Source of the DNA: Phoronis australis
Taxonomy: Eukaryota; Animalia; Phoronida
Length of the DNA: 64,000 nt
Reading direction: 5' to 3'
NCBI GenBank assembly: GCA_002633005.1
Contig: NMRA01000016.1
Coordinates: forward strand, 1,335,661 to 1,399,660
Below the pieces are notes generated by a model. It saw only the letters and a list, made by a program, of their open reading frames with translations. It was not told where the DNA came from and did no database searches. Shown in pieces: positions 1-12,930 of this stretch (position 1 is the first letter of the stretch; each line of letters begins with the position of its first letter). The position numbers were made by a program, and so were the translations under genes.

Positions 1-2371
1 TTCATATCATAGTTTTCCATGCCACATACATAAGCTAAGTTTGAGAAATGTGCCCTTCGTCTTTTCTAACGAGTTTTAAGGAACTGGAAGTGTTCATCAC
101 TATCCTAAGACTATGCAACCGTATGCAGTGAACAGTATATTTCTTACCTGCACAATCACCACTGTTGTGTATGCCGTGGAGCAAGACGATGCTTGCTTTT
201 AAAGCCCTCCTCCACTTTTTGATCGGCTGTTACATAGAACATCACTCATAGTCTATGAATCACATTGTTTAACCAATCACGCATCATATTCCTCGTATCT
301 TGAACGATTGAACAATTTCTGAACGAGAACGCTAAAACAAACAACATGTTTTACCAGGCAAAGTGTTGTTTGTCGGGTAAAGTGGTGGCTTGGAAACGAG
401 GGTATGTCAAGAATGCTGCGTTCTGATTGGTCAGTTAAGCCGTCACTCAAAATCTTGGCGATAGGTCAAATGTTAAACGCACGTGCAATACAGTACAGAG
501 ATACAGTTTAAGCTGCACTGGATGAATGAAGATGGTCATGTTGGGAGATTGCCTTATTGGGTTGGTCGTGTGGGAAACTTGGAGCACAGAAATAAATATG
601 GGTTCCTAGCTGCTTCAAACTGTATCAAAACTAGGCAAGACATCGTGTTTGTGGGAACTGCTGATAAAAATTGGGTATCTATTGAAAAATATAGATTTTA
701 TCTGATCTTGTGCATATTGGAATGCATACAAAGCTATGACTCATTTACAGTCAAGATTGGTCGAGTTGTCTAATCTTCAGAATATACTCGACGATTTCAG
801 ACGCATCTTGAATACAATCAAACGGGAGATGCGATGGAAAGGATCGCAAATATGACAGTGATTATCCACACAGTATCGAAGTTTGACGTGATAACCCAAT
901 GTATTTCACTTGATTTTTCAAAACATTGTTAAATCACCAAATTTGTTGCACAAGCTGATCTAATTACATCTATATGAAGTAATGTACACGGTAAAGTAAA
1001 ACTCAATGGACGAACTTTTTTGAACGGAAACGTGTTAGGCGGCCTTTCAGCTATCTGTGCGCATTCCTTCCTGAATCGTGTACAATTGATTATTGGAAAA
1101 TAAGGATTTAAAAAATCATTTGATGCTATGAAGTAGCAAGACAGCAACGACCTGTCATTCAGAGGGCACTTTGTGTGTTGTGGCTATTCACATTCTATCG
1201 CCATTTATTTAAGGACTCAGCTTGTCAACGTTACTTATTCGCCGTTTCCCGCAAGGCGGTTGGAAGATTTTTATTTTATATTATTCTGCTTTGGAAAATC
1301 TCTCGGAAATTTTTAACTTATTGAAGATTCCACCAATTTTAAAAGAACTTTTTTCAGTGAATATTTTAAGGTTGAATTTCAAGTAATCTATATTAGGTGT
1401 ACTTACCGGCGGAGCTGAATATCGAAATCCAGATTTGGAAAGTCACGGGTCAGCCGCTCTGAAGTCTTAATTCAGTGTGATGACTTAACATTATATAACA
1501 GAAATCGGAATATTTTTATTCCTAATGCTGGTCTGGCATCTATGTCCAGCCCATTTTAAAAAGTTCATAATTTGCTAATGTAGGCACGAAAATGATGTTT
1601 TCGAACTAGGAGCAAACAGGTGTTTTTCACATTTTTCACGGAATAGTTTGGTGAGAAGTTATACTGTTGACATGACAGCCAGGCCCAACATACTGACCAT
1701 CAGTGTAGTCAAGACGATCACATTGATGTTACTTGGCCACATTTCCGATTGTATCTCCAGCGCAGCCGGGAAACATTTAAATCCGTGAGTTTTAACATTA
1801 GACAAAGACGCGAGTTGGCTTCAAATAGCTTCAGTAGGCACTTCCGAGCACAGACCCACGCTGAGTTAATCGAGCATTTTTAACGGCCTTGAGGTTAATA
1901 TAGGGCCTTGTCGACATGGCTGTGTAGGTGGCAAATATTTTAAATCTATCATTTCAACGTGGTAAATCATCTATTTTTTGAAAGTGGAACGGCTATGAAA
2001 TTTGATGTTTGACTTTATACCGATGTGTTGTTGAACGGGTCACGTGACGATGTCCTCTGACAAAATATTAAAGGTGCCATATGATGGTCCTTCCCGATTT
2101 ATCACAGTAGTCTGTCTCAATAATATTTGCTTGATAAGAGTTATTATGCAAACACTGACGTAACTGAGACTCTGATCGAAAATCTGTAGTGTCCAACCAT
2201 ATTATGTTAGGAGGGTTATTCAACAAGGCATTTTGAATGTTAAAATCAAGATAAAGAAGTAACACTTAGTTTCTCAGCGTTCTGTAATTGTAAATGGAGT
2301 GTTTACCAGCAAATGTCTTTCGGTAACTTACGTAATAAGAACATAAAAATCAGTCCTATTTCTTAATTTAG

Positions 2372-2626
2372 CAGTTGCTGGAAGCGTCTCAGAACTTCAT
2401 CACAAGTCAAGGCTCCATATCACTGGCTGAAGCATAGAACAGACATTTCGTCGCACGTTTTGCTTGAATAGACTTGTGAACGTAAGGTCGAGAATAATAA
2501 AGTGATTTACTCGAATCAGTCTTCAGTCTACCGTAGCACCGAAAGCTATTAACACCGGTCGGAAACAACCTGCCCCCACACATCCAAGGGTTGCATGCGC
2601 GCACCCAGGGGCATCGAGAGACTACA
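2372..2626 (+). repeat. Diverged 3' fragment of the same LTR-like family
   Basis: Aligns by eye with 12097-12310; ends ...ACTACA. Confidence 0.7.
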
Positions 2627-3073
2627 ACGAGCTCTCCCATTTGGCGAATAGGGCAAACAGGTCCACCACAGAAAAACAAAAACATCGAAAAAGTAGAAAA
2701 CGAGACAAAAATCCACTAAAAACCCAGCAACAACCAAAATTCGGCGAATGCACAATTTGTAGCCGGCTTGTTCACCGCAGGGACGTCTTAAAGGGATTCC
2801 AAACCCAGTTTAAAAACGACTTTCCTATCCAATTTACTGAAGTAAAGTAATGCCCTCTAACCCTTGACAACACTCAAAAGTTTAAAGGGAAATGTAAAAA
2901 CGTCCTTTGAAGACTGCTAAGCGGGCTGGCGTGACCTACGCCAGTTTTCAGCGAATTAAAAGGAAACTGCGGGGAAAGATCACCCACCATGAACCATAAT
3001 ATCCAATCTACGACATAGGGTATATAAGTTTTTAGTTGATTCTTTCCTTAACTTCGAAAGTTGACGCCAATGA

Positions 3074-4888
3074 AAGGCCCGTAGCGCCATTGCGCTTTGG
3101 TGGTTCGATTTTCTTCAAAGGTGGACCTTTGATATTTCGGAAACGTCGACACAGGAGTTTTCGGTTTTGCCCATGAGGCAGCTTAATTACGGGGCAGGGA
3201 AATCTGTATGCACAGCAGCGATGGCTCTCAGCTCTGTGTTCCTGAGGTAAGGCGGAATTCGTGATCCAGAAATGAGGACGCCGTGATGGTTGCTTGCAAA
3301 GAACGGGACTCAAATTCGAATGTGGTCCACAAAAGAACGTTTTCACGTTACCTCCTGCCAAACTTTCAACTCAGGCGTGTTTAAATGAGTGGCTACACCT
3401 CATTACATACTCGGAAGGAAATATTTAGTCGGAGATTTACTTGACGTAGTTTCTCTAAAGTTTCTTACATCGCTGGAAATGGGAACAGCACACTATTCCC
3501 GAAAGCTCACTAATTCGATGGTTCATTACTCCAAAAATATTTAAAATTTCGGACTCATGAGTAATTGTTAAACTTTTACATGTAAAAATAAACGACGTTT
3601 CGGTTATTAGATGCAGCTATACCGAAAACAACACCCAAGTAATAAATCACTGTTTGGATTTCATGCGCACGCCCGCATGTCTTACGAATACTGAAACATG
3701 AGTACCTACTTGCATTTCTAAAAGATAATGAAGTAGGAATATCGATGAATTATCAACCACGATACATTCATCTAATCGATGTCAAGATCACATCATTGCA
3801 CAGCGCGACTGAAAAGATCGCGGCCACTGCGCTTCAACCTCATCCACCGGAACTACTCGTCGGACGGCTGGGTCGAAACTAAATGTAGTTACTAGGCTAC
3901 TCTGTCCCTGACAGTCTTCACGAAAGTCCCACTCAGTCTCCTTAAATTTAAAACCGCCGTTGGTTGCCGCAACCCGGACCCGTGCCCCAGATGTTTTCCC
4001 TAATTGAGAATGAGTCTACTTAGATTCAAGAACCACGATTGCCAGTTATTAGAACTGTTATTGTAACCAATGTAATCAATGTTTTAGGAACCTTCGGAGT
4101 AGTGAACCTTCGGAAAAGGGACATGTAGCCATAGAAATCTTTTCCATCAACATTGTTACTTGAAGCTGCGCACCATTGACACTAAGTGAAGACTAACTTC
4201 GTTGATCAAAGTTTTAATTAGGTCTAAACTTGCTTTTCCTAATAATGTGAACATTCGGGGATTTTTCAGTGCAATGAGAAAACGTGTCTTGTTTCCGAAA
4301 AACGACGGAGTAGTGAATGAACTTACCGTCGGCTTGTACTGAATTTTAAAGAACGCAATTCATGTCAAGCAACCAATCCACAATCAAAGTGGACACCGGA
4401 TGGACAAAATCTTTGACAATCACTTTCAATACGAAATTAGAAAGTGCTTGCACTTGATCATACTTATATGCTAGAATGTACACCAAATAGCTGATAACTC
4501 CCCATTTTCTGATATTTTGTCTCTTGGTGAATTTTAAGGCATTAACAGCGCACTACTTTTGGGAGCTCCCTCAATGCTTGGCTATGTACAGACATTCGCT
4601 TCTAGACGCCCTTGTTACCCTATGGTGTAGCGACCACGCGCGATCAATGCCGAAGAATAGCATAAGGCTTTCTCTAATCTCCTCATGATCCAGTCTGTAC
4701 GCACACACCACTCGGGCCGTACCCGGCCCGACGATTATGTAAAGCACTTTGAATAAGAAGCAAATTCAAAATTAACATTAATTTGATAGCGATTGTGGTT
4801 AGAAGTACTAGGGATCGGATAGGCTAGGACTGGACCTTTTACGCGGGGGTCAATCGAACACCCCGACCGCCCCGCGGCTACGGGCCTT
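3074..4888 (+). mobile_element. 1.8-kb non-autonomous DNA transposon (family B) with 5-bp TSD
   Basis: TIR AAGGCCCGTAGC/GCTACGGGCCTT; AATGA on both flanks. Related copies at 54082-55075, 63667-64000 and inverted at 38150-40115. Confidence 0.75.
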
Positions 4889-7800
4889 AATGATGCATTA
4901 GCTGGTGACGGAACAAAATCGACCATCTCGTCACCCGAAACCTAGAACCCTTCGTCATAGATACCCTAGCACATCTATGCATTAAGGCTCGTACCTGTAC
5001 AACTGCTCGTGGAAATGATAAGTAACTTGTGTGCTTGCAAGTACACGAGTACCATTTGCTTGATGGATGGCAAACTCTAACAACACTGCAATAAATTAAA
5101 GTGGCATAGAACCAGCGATCTAATGTAAGGCCCTTACCACCACAGCTGTCCATTGCAATAAAGTGTAAATTTTGTACTTCAACAAGTTCACTGTGATCGT
5201 AAATCCAAATGGCATCTTAAATGGCAATGTTAGGCCTACTCCTGGACCCGAAAACACTTACATGTACCAAATAAAACCTTATTTTAGGTGTTCCTTTTGT
5301 ATTTTCTTTTGTCTTTTCGTGCTACAAACGTTTTTTTTATCAGTATTTGACCCTTATCGACTGTCATCGATTATTTCCGTACCCACATTTCCTGCTCATC
5401 AGTTCAGGAACTTGTCTTGAACGCCGCCATTTTTTCTTGTGACTGAATGTGCTACCGGTTGCTCAAAAAATCGTCATTATTTTGTTTTATACCGCATTAT
5501 CAGCCTGACATGGCCAATAAAACAGTTAAATAACCCATTTAGTTGTTCAACGCGAGGTGAATAACATTTTAGTGGGAAACCAAGGCAGGTTTCAAACCCG
5601 CTCCGCAAGAGTTTCGAGTGATCGACTTAACCAATGAGATAAATATAGGTAGAGTTGAAGTCACTTGGTTTTAGTAGAGCGGAGTGGTCCGTCATCTTGC
5701 TGGTGAACCATGTTAGTCAAGATGCGTGTGTACTGTGTGGTATCTAGGAACCAATATCGGTTTCAACATGTGATTTCAAGTTAAGACTCAATTTTATTCT
5801 GAAAATTCCCCAGCTTCCATCAGGCCACCGTGTTTAGTGTTTACATGTACATAGCGTTCATCATCAATATGGCGGTCCTCGTGTCATGCGCTGCCTCTCT
5901 TGCGACGTGTCGTCTCTATGTATCTAGCTCATTGGACTTAACCGCTGCGCAACTCAGCAGCTGACGCCATCGAATGTGAAAATAGAACACTTAAATGAGC
6001 ACGCGCAATAACGGCGTGTTCAACAAACGGCATTGAATCGATATTTATACGCTATGAAAAATAAGACACGCAATTTCATTAAAAACGGCATCCTTAATTC
6101 AGTAAAATTTATCTGTCATTTTCTCTCGCTTGTAAATCATCTATCTCCAGTTTTGAATGCCGGTAACGTGTCGTCGGGATCCTCAGCAACCAGTGCGGAA
6201 CTACTTTAGCAGACGATATCTTCACATTGGAAGCCTAGCATGATAAGACGGTGTAGTAAGCTAGACTAGTAGCATAAAACTTATTTTACAGATTCACTTT
6301 ATTTCTATTTTGTTTAAATTTTCAATTGGTTTTAAGTAAAAATATCATTTTAACAAGAATGACTCGGTTTTTCTTAGGAGGTCACGACCTCCGACTACGG
6401 GCCTTGAACATAGAAAGTAGTTACAAAAGCCGAGACCAGCCGAGAAAGATAGATCGATTCATTGCAATGTTTATCGTTCAATATTTGGTATAAATAGATT
6501 ATTACATGTTCTCAGACGTTACCCTCTTTATCTAGGGCCCTCTGGATTTGGTAGAATTATTGCCCGAGGGGCTCTGGATTTTACGGGGGATAACGACTTC
6601 TCCATGTAAATACACAAATCGTACCGGGAGTGGCGTACATGAAGTAATATCCCACGAGACGTTATTCTGCGTATCGACCGAGACCGCTAAACAGGTAAAA
6701 ATCAATGGGGCCAGAAGCAGATCTACGGGGGTTCAGGGGTTTAAACCCCCCCTCGGGCCAGGACCCAAAAATTAAAAAAGAAAAAAAAACAAAAACGTCT
6801 CCACCAAAACAAAAACGGCACCGCCAGCGTGTGTAAGCCCCGAGTAAACCAACTTGGAAAAAATGAAGGGGGGGTTCACTCTGAAAATATATTTTTTGCA
6901 TTGTGAATTGCTGTTTTGAAAATCAACGCGTTTCGAGTCTTCGTGGCTCATCGACAAAACCCCGGAGATCAATTGTGCGCGTGCTTCCGACGACACTTCT
7001 GAAGTAGCCAAACATTTTAGATGGATTCACCGCTGAAAAAGCAGATCTATAGCTGATTTCTTTGGTAACTAGTTTCTTTACTCTAAGATATGTTTTGATT
7101 TGATTAGGGGAAATACTGTGGTGCCGCAACCCTGATATTCAGGCGAATCGACGAGCAACGTTTTTACCTCATCTGTCGTGCCGTGTCATCCTATTACACC
7201 CCACACGTTTGTAACTCGAATTTGACTGGTGTATTGTAAAGTTGTCTTGCACAATATCATACAGTTTACATGTACAGTACATGTAATACTTTTGAAAAAA
7301 ACACTCGTTTTCCGAAGAATTGCTATTGTGGTGGGGGCCTTGGTCTGGTCGCGAGTCTGTTTGAAGATTATGGCACTCTAACAAGTTATGTCTATGCAAG
7401 GAATGACCAAGGGGGCACTCACATTTACAAAGTGACCGCATTGTGTACAGTACCAGAAATTGCGGGGAGGCTGTATTTTCACAACAAAGCCTTGCGGGAG
7501 CCCTAGTGCCGATCTCAACACCTACCGTCTTTCTACCTGCAATAAGCACCACTGCCGTTTTCTATAATGGGAATTTCCGCAGAAAGGCCCACCCGACGAA
7601 ACGCCCATGCCCATTGGGACGTTTATTTCGAAAATTGCAAGAGATGCAAATGGGTCCTGGGATACATCGTCAAGGTTTGAAGTAGTCCATGATGAACGGA
7701 ACAAATTTAGTTGCGCATGCTGTAAGTCTTTTGAACGGACTTGGTAACCTCAGGGGGCTTAGGGTCAACTGAGCTGCGAAGCGAGATGCTGCATTGTAGA

Positions 7801-9485
7801 GGTGGGCAATCTCATTGACACAACAGTTGACGAAGTGCAAGCGTTGGGAACAAACGTCGAATATGTCTGGGTGGAATGGTTCTAAGACAAGCAAACCATT
7901 GGATCCGATATACAGACTCCTCGGCAGTCTACACAGCAGGAAGATAGGACCAACGTTCCTGGAGAAACACCCAGGTAATAAGTTATAATTATGCACAGTT
8001 TGTAATAATGTCGGTTTTTTATGCTTGTGTACGATGAAAACGAAATAGAATTTATTTTTTAAGCATGCCAAATTTACTCAGTATACCAGAGAGTCTACGA
8101 GCGAACAGAAACTGATTCTGGTTTGTATTTCTACATGAGCCTATCTGCTTCATATCCAAAATCTTATTTCATGTAGAGCGTAGTTAAATCTGTACCCAAT
8201 ACTTGTTTCTTCCAGTGAGTACTACAGAACGGTGCGAAAACCCTTCCTAGACAACCTCTCGCAGCAGTTGACCACCAGATGTGTAAACTACACGTATGAG
8301 CAACCACTGGGGATCAAGACGTGTCTAGAGAGAAGTTTCAATTCGAAATTTTTTGCAAAGTACGTTTTAGGTCTCACGACGGACCAGGCCAGCTTGATTT
8401 GTGTAGATATCGAGTTTCAGTGTACTTCTGGTCCCTCGGCGAACTAGTCTTGTGATGTTTTTTACCAAAGTGTGCTTTGTAAAACTATTTATCTCAGCCA
8501 GTACTGTTTGGTCCCGCGACAGATCGACTATTTTTATAGGAATAATAAGCACAGGTGTACTTTTGGTCTCTTGACGTACCAGGCCAGAGTTTTTGTGTAC
8601 TCTCAGTGTACATCTGGTCCCTCTACGAACTGCTTCTGCATATCTTTTCACCACGGTGTTGGCCTACGGAGTGTTTTGGTTTCGTGAAACTGTTTTCAGA
8701 TGATTTGTTTCCTGATACATTTGACGTTTTTCAATTGTTGTCAACGTGATTCAGCTTAATAAAGTGATACTTAATTGTTTGTTGTTGCTTTTAGTAATAG
8801 ACTATGAGCTGAAAGCACCATCGTTCGCCAGTTTTTTTCTTAACGAGACAGAACACATGTTTATTTCCAGACTAACAGTACAGGTCTTCATTCTTAAACA
8901 GCTTGCGGCTGTTGCGATCATCTGATATTCAAGTTTTTATGCCCCGTGGGTGCTCCTTATGCACGTCAACGTTTGGTAGTTGTCTAAACCCCTGTATACA
9001 CACCACACTTTCTCGTATGCTAAAAAGGTGTGTGTAAGCAGACGTTCCAACAAAAAAATTTGCTGGTGGTGTGACTCATACCAAGATGTTCACAAATATG
9101 GTTTCACGAAACTTATGAGCCAAGTTCATGTGACGAAATCGAGAAGGGCTTTTAATTATCTCAAGAAAAAACTCCAGGGACATGTTAAGTGCCAGAAACG
9201 TACCAGGATGCATGGAAATTTCACTGTTTGGCTACAAAAACAAAAAGTTGTCTTACCCCCCTCCCAACNCGCCTCGTATACGACCTTTGCGGGAATCCTA
9301 AACTCCCCCCTTACTGAAAACGTAGATCCGCCACTGCATAGACTATAGTAGATGGGCCGCCAACTCCGTATACTTTCAATGGACGAAATCTGTAATCTTA
9401 CGCATAAGCCCTTACGTCATTATTCAGTGGCGACACCTGGCTAAATTTCTGGTGCAATTTCCGGCAAGAACGTCGTCTGGCAATC

Positions 9486-9683
9486 ATGGTCGGCTTCTGT
9501 GTGGCCGGTTGTTTGGCCACACAGGCGAAATGCAAAGGAATTAGCTTCCATACCATCCGAAGATCCCATAATCGGCTGTGGGGAGAAAACCTTATTTCTT
9601 GTGTCAACGTGAATGGCAGTTGTTTCAGCAATAAGACTTTATACATTTGTTCTGAAAGGCACTTTGAGGATGAACGTTTTTAA
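9486..9683 (+). pseudogene. THAP zinc-finger remnant, probably transposon-derived
   Basis: MVGFCVAGC...GISFH...LW...YICSERHFEDERF fits the THAP C2CH pattern. Possible 8-bp TIRs CATAGACT (9337) and AGTCTATG (10144). Confidence 0.7.
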
Positions 9684-11533
9684 GAGGCTCTAGTAGGCCT
9701 ACTACTTAATCCTGTCTTTACAAATCCATTTTTCTTTTCTCCGTTTTGATGAAAACTATCCGGTAAACTTTTTGACGAAAATTGTCCGCTAAATTTCTTC
9801 CAAAGGTAGTGACTCGTGAACTCTTGTGCTTACGAGGAACTTTAGTCATAGTCTAGTGAGCGAATTAACCAAATTACTCTTCGCTGGCCCTGATCAGACG
9901 GTTGGTCTCAGCAGAACGCGCACATTTGGCCAGGATTTGGACCAGCGATTTCAACAAATTCACATTCGTGTACAAATGAATAGAAAGCTGGTAAAACTTT
10001 TAACATAAATAAAGATTACATTAATACTTCAGAAATAACCACCTGGACCAGTCAAAATCTATCTCACAATTCAACAACAGGTTACACACTCATATCATGT
10101 CGAATATATGCCACACAAAATCTCTCGACGGCACTGAGTCTATGAAAATGCGACCAACTTCTTTGAAAACATGGAACTGGAAATTACACCAGAGGGTTGT
10201 GAAGGTTGTTTTTATTCTTCAATGTTAAATTTTTGTAAGCGAACAAATGGTTTTTAAATTTCCGCCTTAAGTCCTAACATTTCCAAACTTAAGTCGTTCA
10301 AACGAACGTTTATGACGAAAAAATTCTTCAACCAGTTTTGTAAAGTCCTATGCCAACTTTAGGGTACATAATGAACCAACAAAAGGGTCCCGTGCCTCCT
10401 GAAATATTACCGTATTCGCCCTAATAAGCTGCCAGGGCGATAAGAAAAATCCGCTTCAGGAAGGGGGGCTGCATATTATAGCCCAAAAATGGTTGAAACA
10501 CGGTCTCTGAAACAGGTGAAATCATAAGCTAAAATTCATCAAAATTACGCTCTGTGACGCATCTGTAACCTATGACAGAGTTTCTACAAAACAGCAGTGC
10601 ATTGCTATCAAACTTTGTTGTTAACTTACGAGCATTTTTCAGAAAATCCCACTGCCAAAAATTGCCGTGAATCTGGTTTCAAGCTCCTCAGCTTTGTTTA
10701 ACTATATATTAATAAACCATAAAAATGGTTCCAAGTGATCAGTGCAATGGGCCCACATGCGCTGCCTGCGCACGTCTGGTAAAACGTTTATCATTCAGCT
10801 CCTGATTTGAACAAAGGTCTCGTTTTTTTAATTTTTCGTCCGGTATAAATAACGCTACGGACCTCGAAATCCAGCGAAACACTTCTACCTTACAAATCTG
10901 ACAATCCCTAGTCTCAGTAAACTTGAGCACCCAGCAAAAGATACTAATGATGAAATTCCGGTGATGATAATCACCCACTTTGTTTATTTATTTCACCTAT
11001 AGTTGGTAAAATGAAGCCCATTCGAGTAAGCACCATGTGGGTCCCAATGCTATCCCAACATATGATAGAACCCAACAAGCTCAAGTTGCAGTCAAATCAG
11101 GATGGGCATAAATAAGCAAATTTACTGTATCAACAGATTGGCCAAATAAGAATAAGATACAAAGTGTTGCTACAGTGCACACGTGCACGATACTTGGTCT
11201 ATTATTTTCCCGCCGTAAATGCATGAACCAATCAGATCACCAATGGCGCAAAGTTTTCGAAAACAGCTCGATTCTTACGGAGTCCTGTTATTGCTCTATT
11301 TATTTTCAACTTTATTGTGTTACATTTAATTTATTTTCTGTTCAACTCAATGAAGCCACTTAATATGAATGCATTCAACACAGTTAATGCATTGTAAAAA
11401 CCAAAAGTTATGCTCTATGAACATTAGACGAAATCAGTACACCCCTTTTTTAAAAAATGGGTTAAAAGTTAGAAACAAAGGACACCAGTTTCCATCACTT
11501 GTAACGTCGATTTTCGACATTGATGTTGGGGAG

Positions 11534-12324
11534 TGTCAGAATATAGTCTGACAGTATTTTATTTGTATTGTATTGTATTGTTTTGTTGTTCTGTTTGATT
11601 GGCATGACCCCTGAGTTAAGTACAGTGATGATATAATTTGTTTACTACAAAATAGTGGTGAACTTTCTAGAAGACTGAGGTCAGAACAGTGATGATCTAA
11701 TTTGTTTACTGCAGTATAGTGTGGAACTTTCTAGAAGACTCTAGCATGACAGTGATTAATGCAGTCTGGAATATTCTAGAGACTAGTATATGTTTGTAGA
11801 ATGATTAGGTAGATTCAGGAAAGTTCTAGAATGTGCTTGAATTGATGTAAAATTCCAGAACAATGCATTAGGCTATAAATACACAAGCACGGATTTGTGT
11901 TAGACAGATCAAGTCAGCAGTTCCTGAGAAGATCAAGTCGGGAGATTAAGTCAGTTCAAGAGAAGATCAAGTCAGTTCAAGTAAGTCAATCAGGAGAACT
12001 ACAGTTGAGTTGCAGTGAAGAGAATCGGCAGTTACAGCTATAGTCAATAGAGAGCCAGCTATAGAGATAGCAGGTTATTGAATCGACGAGTGTAACAGTT
12101 GCTGAACGTGTCTCAGAAGTTCATCACAAGTAAAGGCTTCGCAGCACTGGCTGGAGTATAAACAGACATTACATCGGACGTTTTGTTTGAGTAGGCTTGT
12201 GAACGTACGGTCAGGATTAATAAAGGATTAACTCGAACCAGTCTTCAGTCAATCGTTGCACCGAAAGCTATTAGCACCGTTTGGTAACCACCTGCGCCCA
12301 CCCACACACGGGGAAAAACGTGAC
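11534..12324 (+). mobile_element. Solo LTR-like element (~790 bp)
   Basis: TGTCAG...CGTGAC ends, TATAAA near 11875, AATAAA near 12219, internal AGATCAAGTCAG repeats. The 3' part is homologous to 2372-2590. Confidence 0.6.
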
Positions 12325-12632
12325 TAACACAAACCCGTGCTTGTGTATTTGTAGCCTAGTGAATTGTTCTGGAACTTTTTATCAATTCAAGCACATTCTA
12401 GAACTTTCCTGAATCTACCCAACCATTCTACAAACATATACTAGCCTCTAGAATATTCCAGACTGCATTAAACAGTCATGCTAGAGTCTTCTAGAAAGTT
12501 CCACACTATACTGCAGTAAACAAATTACATCGTCATTGTACTCAACTCAGGGGTCATGCCAATCAAACAGAGTAACAAAACAAAACAATACAACTAAAAA
12601 TACTGACAGGGAGGAACATCAGTCTGGCGACA
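12324..12632 (-). repeat. Inverted partial copy of the adjacent LTR's 5' part
   Basis: Reverse complement of ~11545-11903, lacking one ~60-bp internal duplication. Confidence 0.85.
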
Positions 12633-12719
12633 GCAACACAAAATCGTACGACGGCGATGATTTTCAAAATTTAATTCGTTTTTGTTGTATGTCTTTCATA
12701 GTTTTTCCCTACGGTTCAG

Positions 12720-12930
12720 GTTACTTCTGAGTCGAGGAACAAAGGAACAAGAACCGAAAGAGGCAGGGTTCGTGATAACGTTGGAGAACGGTTACATTTA
12801 TATAAGGTGTTACAACTGTCATCGATATTGTCATCTCCTCTGTTTTCATCCAACCTTCTCTGATGAAAACTTGAATGAAGAGGACATTCAGTACTTGAGT
12901 GAGCACGGTATACTGTGTGATTTATGTTGA
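12720..12930 (+). other. Orphan PHD-finger-like coding segment (6 of 8 ligands)
   Basis: YIRCYNCHRYCHLLC (Cx2Cx4Hx2C) ... ILCDLC then stop; pyrimidine-rich AG acceptors at 12700 and 12719. Confidence 0.45.

Noticed and set aside
483-900. 96-aa ORF as a gene
   Set aside because: GTG start, no recognisable motif and no supporting splice structure.
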